Origin: Flavobacteriales bacterium | GTDB taxonomy: Bacteria; Bacteroidota; Bacteroidia; Flavobacteriales_F; PHOS-HE28 | Direction of reading: 5' to 3' | Length of the DNA stretch: 64,000 nucleotides | Assembly (NCBI GenBank): GCA_044507815.1 | Contig: JBIQIX010000001.1 | Coordinates: 40,676-104,675, forward strand | Shown here: piece by piece, positions 36,216-44,193 of the stretch | Numbering within the stretch: the stretch's first letter is position 1 | How the letters are laid out: each line of letters starts with the position of its first letter | Position numbers and translations under genes: made by a program | The notes under the pieces: model-generated | Seen by the model: the letters and a program-made list of their open reading frames with translations, nothing else | Databases searched by the model: none | What the model was told of the DNA's origin: nothing

Positions 36216-39200
36216 ATGAATAGCGGGAGAAATAAGGCACAAGGCGGTTTCCGGGTGTTGCGCAGCTCCGCTGGCGCGGGAAAGACCCACAACCTGGTAA
36301 AGCACTATCTGCTGCTGGCGCTCAAGGGCCGTGACGCGGCGGCCTACACACGCATACTGGCCTTGACCTTCACCACCAAGGCGGCAGCCGAAATGCGCGA
36401 GCGCGTGCTGAAATACCTGGAGGACCTGGGGGGCGAGGGACCCCTGGGCGCCACCGGTGCGGATGTACGGGATTCGGTGATGCGCTTGGCCGGCATTGAT
36501 GAGGCGGAATTGCGGCAACGCGCCAAGGCGATGCACTCGCACATGCTGCACCATTGGTCGCAGGTGGCGATCAGCACCATCGACTCGTTCGTGCGCCGCG
36601 TGGTGAAACCATTCGCCCGGGAACTTCAACTCGACCACGAGCTGCGCATGACCACCGACGAGGAATATTACCGCGGCAGGGCCGTGGAAATGTTGCTGGA
36701 GGATGTGGGCAGCGATCTCGCGCTGACGAAAGTGCTGGTGGAAACCTGCGAGCAATTGCTGGACAATGAGGAGGCTTGGCATGCCGATCGACCCCTCCGC
36801 AAGCTGGCCGACCAGCTCGGAAAGGAGTCGGCGATCGGCCATTTGGAAAAGCTGCGCGAAACGCCCGTGGAGCGGTTCATCGACATTCAACGCACCTTGA
36901 GGGAACGCAACGACGCCACGCGCAACCATCTACGCCAGCTGGGCCAAGAAGTGATGAAGGCCGTGGCGGGGCAGGATCTTACCGAGGACGATTTTCCTCA
37001 CAAGGCCAACGGCTACATCGCTTACTTTAGAAAACTGGCCACGCTGGACGACAGCATGAAAACTTCGGAACGCCTGAAGAAAGCGGTGGCCACCGGAACA
37101 TGGACAGCAGCGGGCACGCCCCCGCACGTGAGGTCCAGGATCGAAGCGCTGAAGGACTCGTTCGAATCCGTGTTCCGTGAAGCGGAAAGCCTTCGCAAGC
37201 TGTACACATTGGATCGCGCCATGCTGAAGGACCTGCTGCCGATGGCCACGCTCAATTCCATCGGCGAGCGATTGGAACGGCTCAAGCAGGAGGAAGGCGT
37301 TTCATTTTTCAGCGACCTGACACGCAAGGTGCACGATGTGGTGCAGGAAGAGCCAGCCCCCTTCATCTACGAGCGGCTGGGCGAATGGTACAAGCATTTT
37401 TTGGTGGATGAATTCCAGGATACCAGCCTGATGCAGTGGCATGCCATGCTGCCCTTGGTGCACAACGCGCTTTCGGCTGGCGGCACGGTGCTGCTGGTGG
37501 GCGATGCGAAGCAGGCGATCTATCGCTGGCGCAACGGTGAGGCACGCCAATTCATCGAATTCCCGAATGTGTTCCGCAAGGAGCTGTTGGCCGAAGGCGA
37601 GGCCTATGAGGCGGCCTTGCAGCAAAGCCACGAACCCATGGAGCCGCTGGCCAGCAACTTCAGGTCCGGCAGGGCCATCATCGAATTCAACAACAGGGTT
37701 ACCGGCGGGTTGATGGAAGGTCTCGGCGAGAAAGAGCGGAGAATGTACCAGCGCCACGGCCAGAATGCGGTGCTCGACATGCAAGGCTACGTGGAAGTGG
37801 GTTGTTATGAGGATGGGAAAAAGGATGTTGATGACGATTGCCCCGGGGCATGGAGGTTGATGAAACAGGCGGTGCGCGATAGCTTGGAGGACGGTTTCCA
37901 ACCGGGGGACATCGCCGTGCTGGTGCGCACCAGGAAACAAGGTGCAGAGGCCAGCGGGCATTTGCGCGATGAAGGATGGAATGTTGTTTCACCGGACGGG
38001 CTCACACTCGGTGGGCATGCCGCGTGCTGCGCGGTGATCGAAGTGTTGGCCTGGCTGCATGCACCCTTGGATGAGCATGCGGCACGGGCGGCACAGGCCA
38101 TTGCCATCATGGCGGTGGAGGAAGACCGGCCGGACCCATTTCCGGAGGGGATCACGCCCACCCGGTTTATGCGGGATTGGATGCAGGAACATCGCAGCAT
38201 CAACGCGCGGCTGCCGTTGGTGCCCTTGATCACGCGCATTGCCATCGCAATCGGCCACGACCCGGCCACCGATATTTTCATCATGAACCTGATCAACGAA
38301 GCCCATGCATTTTCAAAGATGAACGGGGATGACCTCCCGGGATTCCTTGAGAAATGGGAGTTGGGCGCGAAGCACAAATCCGTGGGCGGAAGCCCGATCC
38401 CGGAAGCCATACAAGTAATGACCGTGCACAAGGCCAAGGGCCTACAATTCCCAGTGGTCATTATTCCCGATGGTGGGAAAAAACCATCCGGTAACCACGA
38501 TCGCATTTGGATCACACCCGACCCGCCAATGGAGGATCTGCCAACGGTGCTGGTGGGCCGAAATAAGGACCTGTTGGGGATAGGGATTCCGGAGATGGAT
38601 GAGGAAGAGGGACTGGGCCAGCTGGACGACCTGGATGTGCTTTACGTGGCGCTGACCCGGCCGGAACAGCGGCTGTACATAAGCATTGCCCGGAAAGAGA
38701 AAGAGTCTTTCGGGAGCGCGCTGCGTGAGATGTTGGCATTTGATGGCGATACCTACCGCACAGGGTTGCGTGAAAACAAGCGAGTGAAGGATGTGAGGGA
38801 CAGTGGGGCCGGATCCCCCGCCGCGGGGCTGGAAATCCGGCCCGCATCCGTTGCCGGGCGCGGGGAACGTGTGTGGAAGATCCGGAAGGAAGCGCCCGAG
38901 GAATGGGATCCGTCCGATCCCGATCCGTACCGAAGCCAAGGCAAGGCGGTGCATGCCATATTGGCCCGTGTGCGCACCGCGGCTGACCTGCCCGATGCCA
39001 TTCGCCAGGAACGCGACCGGTGGGGCCTGCCCGAACCGGTGTGCGCCACCATTGCGGAACATTTGCGGCGGCTCCTGGCATTGCCTGCGATCGCGCCATT
39101 TTTCCGCCAGGGGCTGGAAGTATTCAACGAATACTCCTTGTTGCAAGCGGATGGCAGTACGATCCGGCCGGACCGTGTGGTGCGCGATCATGGCGTGTTC

Positions 39201-39353
39201 CACGTGCTGGACATCAAGACCGGCCGCGCGATGGAAGGGCACCACCGCCAGGTGCAGGGCTACACACGGCTGTTGCAGGCCCTGGAAAATGTGCCCGTGA
39301 AGGGCTGGCTGCTCTACGCCGCCCAAGGTGAACTGGTGCCTGTGGACGCATGA
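36216..39353 (+). CDS. addA: UvrD-family helicase-nuclease (AddA-like)
   Basis: SAGAGKT, LTFTTKAAAEM, STIDSF, VDEFQDTS, VGDAKQAIYRWR, TVHKAKGLQF, YVALTR; C-terminal RPDRV..LDIKTG..QV..Y nuclease. Confidence 0.9.
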   Translation: MNSGRNKAQGGFRVLRSSAGAGKTHNLVKHYLLLALKGRDAAAYTRILALTFTTKAAAEMRERVLKYLEDLGGEGPLGATGADVRDSVMRLAGIDEAELRQRAKAMHSHMLHHWSQVAISTIDSFVRRVVKPFARELQLDHELRMTTDEEYYRGRAVEMLLEDVGSDLALTKVLVETCEQLLDNEEAWHADRPLRKLADQLGKESAIGHLEKLRETPVERFIDIQRTLRERNDATRNHLRQLGQEVMKAVAGQDLTEDDFPHKANGYIAYFRKLATLDDSMKTSERLKKAVATGTWTAAGTPPHVRSRIEALKDSFESVFREAESLRKLYTLDRAMLKDLLPMATLNSIGERLERLKQEEGVSFFSDLTRKVHDVVQEEPAPFIYERLGEWYKHFLVDEFQDTSLMQWHAMLPLVHNALSAGGTVLLVGDAKQAIYRWRNGEARQFIEFPNVFRKELLAEGEAYEAALQQSHEPMEPLASNFRSGRAIIEFNNRVTGGLMEGLGEKERRMYQRHGQNAVLDMQGYVEVGCYEDGKKDVDDDCPGAWRLMKQAVRDSLEDGFQPGDIAVLVRTRKQGAEASGHLRDEGWNVVSPDGLTLGGHAACCAVIEVLAWLHAPLDEHAARAAQAIAIMAVEEDRPDPFPEGITPTRFMRDWMQEHRSINARLPLVPLITRIAIAIGHDPATDIFIMNLINEAHAFSKMNGDDLPGFLEKWELGAKHKSVGGSPIPEAIQVMTVHKAKGLQFPVVIIPDGGKKPSGNHDRIWITPDPPMEDLPTVLVGRNKDLLGIGIPEMDEEEGLGQLDDLDVLYVALTRPEQRLYISIARKEKESFGSALREMLAFDGDTYRTGLRENKRVKDVRDSGAGSPAAGLEIRPASVAGRGERVWKIRKEAPEEWDPSDPDPYRSQGKAVHAILARVRTAADLPDAIRQERDRWGLPEPVCATIAEHLRRLLALPAIAPFFRQGLEVFNEYSLLQADGSTIRPDRVVRDHGVFHVLDIKTGRAMEGHHRQVQGYTRLLQALENVPVKGWLLYAAQGELVPVDA

Positions 39354-39835
39354 GACGGGCGCCACAGCTGCAATGGCGGGCCGCCGCCCTGCCCGATCTT
39401 CCATCGGCAGAGCTGTTTGAGGCGATGCGGTTACGGGTGGACATTTTCGTTGTGGAGCAGCAGTGCGCCTATCCCGAATTGGATGATCAGGACCTGGACC
39501 CGCGCACCACGCACCTGATGGGCCGTACGGATGATGGCCGCCTGGCCGCCTATTGCCGCGTGCTTCCGCCCGGTGCTGACGGGGTGCCACACATCGGCCG
39601 GGTACTGGTTGCGCCCGAGTTCCGTGGCCTGGGCCTCGGTCGCGAACTGATGCTGCACGGAATCGGCATCGCCAGGAAATTCAATGCAACGGCTTCAGCG
39701 GTGGCCGCACAGGAGCATTTGCGCCGTTTTTATGAAAGCCTTGGCTATCGGGCAGTCGGGCAGCCATATTCCATGGACGGCATTCCCCATTTGGACATGG
39801 TGCGCCACGCGCCGGATGAGCGAACGGTCACTTGA
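39350..39835 (+). CDS. elaA: GNAT acetyltransferase, ElaA family
   Basis: LRVDIFVVEQQCAYPELD, IGRV, AQEHL..FY, DGIPHLDM. Confidence 0.9.
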   Translation: MRRAPQLQWRAAALPDLPSAELFEAMRLRVDIFVVEQQCAYPELDDQDLDPRTTHLMGRTDDGRLAAYCRVLPPGADGVPHIGRVLVAPEFRGLGLGRELMLHGIGIARKFNATASAVAAQEHLRRFYESLGYRAVGQPYSMDGIPHLDMVRHAPDERTVT

Positions 39836-41951
39836 TCAGCACGAAGCTGCCGTTGTACTCCTTCTCCAACGGGCCCCATTCCGTAAGCCATGCCTTGTAG
39901 GCATAAATACCCGGTGCGGCATCCTTGCCGTTCCAGCCGGCCTCGGGGTCAGTGGTGCTGAATACCACGCGTCCCCAGCGGTCAAACACTTCCAACCTGT
40001 ATGCCCGGGCGCCCTTCACGCTGGGCCGCCATATTTCGTTGTGCCCGTCGCCGTCGGGCGTGAAGGCCGTGGGTGCAAAGAAGAGGTGGTCGCCGATGAA
40101 GATGCGGAGGCTGGTGGTATCGGTGCAGCCATGCGGGCTGGTGACCTTCAGTAGCGCCGTGTACCAGCCCGCATCGCTGAACGTGTGGGTGAAGTCGGGG
40201 ATGTTGTAATGCGCACCCTCCACGAGGAAATCGATCTCGGCGGCGTTGGAGGAGTGGTCGTGGAAGGCGACCTCGGGCGCAAGTACCGTGGTCACTTTCG
40301 GCAACGCCGTGGCCTGTGCTGTGGGCCGCGGCCAAACGGTAAGGGTATCGGGCGTTTGCCAGGTGCGTGTGGCGATGCATCCGGAAGTTGTTGTGGCCGT
40401 GAGCCGGATCCCGTATTTGCCCGGCTGGGTGAATGTGTGCGCCGGCAAGCTGTCGGTACTGGTGCCGCCATCGCCGAATTCCCAGAGGAATTGCATCGGC
40501 GACCATGCGCTGGAAAGGTTCGCCGGTTGCGCGGTGAACGGCTCACAGCCATTGGTATCCAAGCTGAACAAGGGCTGGGGTGGTGGATGCACGGTCACTG
40601 TGTCGCTGAAGCTGGCCTCGCAGCCGTAGTCCTCAACGAATAGGGTGACCGGGTGGGGCCCCAAAGTGGACCAGCCCACGGTAAGGTCGGGTGCATGCAG
40701 GTCCGGCGAAACCCCAGGGCCCACGTCCCAGGTGATCTGGGCGGCAGGTGTGAAGTTGCCCGTGGCCGTGATGTGCAAGGGAAGCTGATCGGTACAGAGG
40801 ATCCCCGGCACGGAGAACGACGCGTTCAACGGATCATGCACGGTATAAACATGTTGGGCGGTATCGCCGCAGGGCCAGCCGGGGTTGGCCACCAAGGTGA
40901 TGGTGTAGTTGCCCGGTGCCGGATAAGTGAATGCGGGGTTGGCCTCGGCCGAGGTATCCGAATCGGTGCCCGGCACGCCGAAGTCCCAGTGGTAAGAGGT
41001 GGCCCCGGTGCTTTGGTTGGCCATTTGCACGTGCAGGCCGTTGCACCCTTCCGCCTGGGCCGGAAAGGAAGCGACGATGTCCTGCATGCAGGCCACCACA
41101 AGGAACCTGAAATCGCGGATCACGGTGCTGAGCAGTGCCCCGTTGCGGTATTCGCCCACACAAATGCTCACTGCGTAATTGCCCAACGCCGTTGGGTGCA
41201 GCGTGAGCTGGCCGTCCTGCTCTGCGAAGCTCATTGGCGGCTGGGAGCTTACCTGGTACTGCGTGGAATAGCCGTTGCCCCAGATCACCGGCAAATAAGG
41301 TGGCGCTGAAGGCGGCACCGGCACGGTGTTCAACAGGTTATCGCCGCCCTGCAGCGGCGCGCAGAGGTGATAGGCCAGGGAATCGCCATCGGGGTCCGTG
41401 GCCAGTTGGTCCAGCACGGTGGTTTGCCCAAGGCACAACACCATGGGCGGGTTGTTGTTGAACGATGGCGAGCTGTTCGGCCCGTGCACAGAGGGGTCGG
41501 GCACTTGCACCGTGCAGGTCATGCCTTGCACACCCGGGTTGTTCAGGTTCACAATGGCCGGGCTGCGGCAGCACCGCTGGTAGGACAGCGTATAGCCACC
41601 GGTGCCCGCCGGCAAATGGATCACGCCGGTGTATACGCCCATGCGCGTGCAAATGCCCGGCGGCACGGTGAGGCAGGGATTATCGGCCACCACGGGTACG
41701 TTCACCTCACTGGGCAATTGAAAAGTGACCGTGTTTATCCACTGCCCCGAACTGTTGAACACGCCAATGGCCGCGGTTGCGTCCAGCGCGGTGTTGTTCG
41801 TGTTGTCGGCACCGCAATCGCGGTACAGGCGTAGCGTTACCTGGTAATTATCGTTGCCCAGGGAGGTGTAGGTCATTTCGCCGCCCAGAATGTGCGTGGC
41901 CCATCCAGGAAGGGACAACGCGAACAGGCAAACAACGGAAAACAGGCGCAT
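39828..41951 (-). CDS. PKD-domain surface protein with type B (CHU_C) T9SS C-terminal domain
   Basis: ATHILGGEMTY..LYRDC, YQRCCR N-domain; PKD repeats; PTAFTPDGDGHNE..VFDRWG..G.F.LIK. Confidence 0.9.
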   Translation of the reverse strand: MRLFSVVCLFALSLPGWATHILGGEMTYTSLGNDNYQVTLRLYRDCGADNTNNTALDATAAIGVFNSSGQWINTVTFQLPSEVNVPVVADNPCLTVPPGICTRMGVYTGVIHLPAGTGGYTLSYQRCCRSPAIVNLNNPGVQGMTCTVQVPDPSVHGPNSSPSFNNNPPMVLCLGQTTVLDQLATDPDGDSLAYHLCAPLQGGDNLLNTVPVPPSAPPYLPVIWGNGYSTQYQVSSQPPMSFAEQDGQLTLHPTALGNYAVSICVGEYRNGALLSTVIRDFRFLVVACMQDIVASFPAQAEGCNGLHVQMANQSTGATSYHWDFGVPGTDSDTSAEANPAFTYPAPGNYTITLVANPGWPCGDTAQHVYTVHDPLNASFSVPGILCTDQLPLHITATGNFTPAAQITWDVGPGVSPDLHAPDLTVGWSTLGPHPVTLFVEDYGCEASFSDTVTVHPPPQPLFSLDTNGCEPFTAQPANLSSAWSPMQFLWEFGDGGTSTDSLPAHTFTQPGKYGIRLTATTTSGCIATRTWQTPDTLTVWPRPTAQATALPKVTTVLAPEVAFHDHSSNAAEIDFLVEGAHYNIPDFTHTFSDAGWYTALLKVTSPHGCTDTTSLRIFIGDHLFFAPTAFTPDGDGHNEIWRPSVKGARAYRLEVFDRWGRVVFSTTDPEAGWNGKDAAPGIYAYKAWLTEWGPLEKEYNGSFVLIK

Positions 41952-42181
41952 TTGTGGGAATGACGGCAATGTACGCCAATGGGTTGCGCCGACCGGTGGC
42001 ATAGATCGGCCATCGTGTGGGCACGGGGACGGTGCGGATAGCGGAAGTTGGCTTGCAAGGCGTGTTTTTTCCGCGGCCCATCCGCCACAGGAACCACAAC
42101 TGAAAGAAAATTCCCGTTGAAACGGTTCCCGAAAGCAACTTGGAACGGTCTGCGCGATCCGGCCCCGTTTTCTTTTATGGC

Positions 42182-43684
42182 CTATTCCTTCACGAAACGG
42201 AAGGTGCGTGCACCATCAGCCAAGCCCAAGCGCAACAGGTACAGGCCGGTCCCAAGCCCATCCACGGAAATGGGTGTTCCGTCCCATTCCGACCGCAGCA
42301 ACAGCTGTCCTGCCAGGTCGAAAATTTCCACCTTCACCCGGCTCCCGTGCGGTAGCCCGTCGATCATAAAAGCATCGTGCACAAGGTTGGGCCGCAGTGT
42401 GATCCGGTCGGCCGGGATATCCCTGATGCTCGTCGTCCACTTCAGGTCGCCGGTCACCACCCCGTTGATGCGCCAACCGATCAGTTCACTGCAATCCATG
42501 GAGGTGTTGAATGATTGGCAATGGCCGAAGACCCCTACCCGGGAGTCGAGGTCCAGGCTCGAGTATAGGTCCGTAGGTGTACTGATATAACAATTGATCG
42601 TGTCGAAATAGAATCCTCCTGAACTGAAGCCCATGCGCGTGGTGGTGTCGCCGGTAATGGGATCGATCCCCAGCTGTAACAGCCCCGTTTGCCATACCGG
42701 CATATCAGATCCAGGTCCCGTGAACATGTCCGTCGCACCCATGGCATACGAGTCGGTAAGCCCGCCCACCATGTAACGGAATTCGCTCTCCCGGTAGGTG
42801 GCTTTCAGGCCGCTGGCCTGGACCAGCAACGAAAGGTCTTCATTCAAGGTAGTGCGATGGAAGGTGTACACCACGGAGTCGGGTGTGATCAACGCATGGG
42901 TGATCGAGTCCTGGTGGAACCCGATCCAGGCCGGTTCTGTGATCAACGCCGGATGGTAGTTCTGATACCATTGCAGGATATCACCTTGCGATAGATGGAA
43001 GTAATCGGCAAAGCGCGGTTGTACATAACCATGGTCGCCCGCCCCATCATTCAGCCCGATCAGTTTGAAGGTGCGCACCGGCAGTGTGGAGTGCGGCCCC
43101 GTGAGCCCGAACGGGAGGAATTCGATCAGGCCATGGCCTTTGCTCAGCTTGATCAGGAAGTCGTTGATCGGCGGTGCAGAAGATCCGGTGGCGTTGATCG
43201 AAAAGGTTTTCACACTGTCCGTAATGCCCAGGAACGTTTCCTGTTCATTGCTTATACAGGTGAATGTGGTTTCCTGCGGGCCGCCGCCCACCAATGGGGT
43301 GGTCCAGGACTGGCCCACCGCGGCCTGCGGCAGGAAGTACCAGGGGCCATAACCGGGGCCTGCGTAGCCAAAGACCGTATCTCCCCGCATCAACAAGGAG
43401 TCCATGAGGAAGATGTTGTAGGGCAAATTGGGGAGAGGGAACAATTGCAGGTTCTCGTACCAGCAGGCCTCGAGTTGCCCGGGGCCGTTGTACAATTTGA
43501 AATAATGAACATCCCCATTGGTGCTGGGCCGCACCGAATCCAGCCGTTGTGTGGCCACGGTCATTCCGGTGTCGGAATTGATGTGGTAGTACATCCGCTG
43601 GCCGGGCTGAAAAAAGGCCCAATCCTGCGGAAAGGCCAACAGTGTGGCAAGGGTGGCGGCGAGGCTGAGTAATATTTTCATCAT
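42182..43684 (-). CDS. T9SS type A-secreted protein of unknown function
   Basis: Signal peptide; CTD ITLRPN..VEIFDLAGQLL..LGTGLYLLRL..FRFVKE; no recognised catalytic domain. Confidence 0.8.
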   Translation of the reverse strand: MMKILLSLAATLATLLAFPQDWAFFQPGQRMYYHINSDTGMTVATQRLDSVRPSTNGDVHYFKLYNGPGQLEACWYENLQLFPLPNLPYNIFLMDSLLMRGDTVFGYAGPGYGPWYFLPQAAVGQSWTTPLVGGGPQETTFTCISNEQETFLGITDSVKTFSINATGSSAPPINDFLIKLSKGHGLIEFLPFGLTGPHSTLPVRTFKLIGLNDGAGDHGYVQPRFADYFHLSQGDILQWYQNYHPALITEPAWIGFHQDSITHALITPDSVVYTFHRTTLNEDLSLLVQASGLKATYRESEFRYMVGGLTDSYAMGATDMFTGPGSDMPVWQTGLLQLGIDPITGDTTTRMGFSSGGFYFDTINCYISTPTDLYSSLDLDSRVGVFGHCQSFNTSMDCSELIGWRINGVVTGDLKWTTSIRDIPADRITLRPNLVHDAFMIDGLPHGSRVKVEIFDLAGQLLLRSEWDGTPISVDGLGTGLYLLRLGLADGARTFRFVKE

Positions 43685-43906
43685 GCTATGCGTGGATTGG
43701 ATCGACCAATGCCGGAAATGAATCGAAAGGTAGCCACGATCCTGTCCGGCCCACAAATTAATTTCCGGGGATCGTAATGATCTTTACAGGACCCGTAACT
43801 GCCGGAGCTGGCAGGGCTTGGGTTTGATGCGATGCGCCGCGCCAGCGAATGCTGTTACCAAGTGGTCCGGATGATCGCAGACACTCATTCCCGGCCGAAT
43901 GCACCG

Positions 43907-44152
43907 TCAACCCGCAGCCTGCCGGATCATTCCCTCCACTTCTTCCGCTGCGCATTCCACCACATGGCCATGCTCCAGTTGCACCAGGGCCATGATGCGC
44001 ACCCTTTCGGGATAGAGGTTGGCCCGCATATGGTGGGTGATCAGCCTGCGGCCCACGCGTTGCACCTCGTGCATCTCGGTCCACGAATCGATCCGGTACC
44101 AATTGAGCCCGTTGGTGGAGCGCCTGTACATGGGGAACCCGGTGTTGTCCAT
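43907..44152 (-). CDS. Small hypothetical protein (81 aa)
   Basis: FPMYRR...WYRI...EVQRVG...YPERVRI looks protein-like and resembles small Flavobacteriales hypotheticals (from recall); divergent from addB. Confidence 0.6.
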   Translation of the reverse strand: MDNTGFPMYRRSTNGLNWYRIDSWTEMHEVQRVGRRLITHHMRANLYPERVRIMALVQLEHGHVVECAAEEVEGMIRQAAG

Positions 44153-44193
44153 CGCGGAAGTACTTTGCGCAAAGATCACACGCGACCTTCCGC

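Noticed and set aside
41952-42181. 230-bp intergenic region with short imperfect repeats (TTCCCG, AACGGT)
   Set aside because: No consistent stem set or riboswitch consensus recognised; probably promoter sequence
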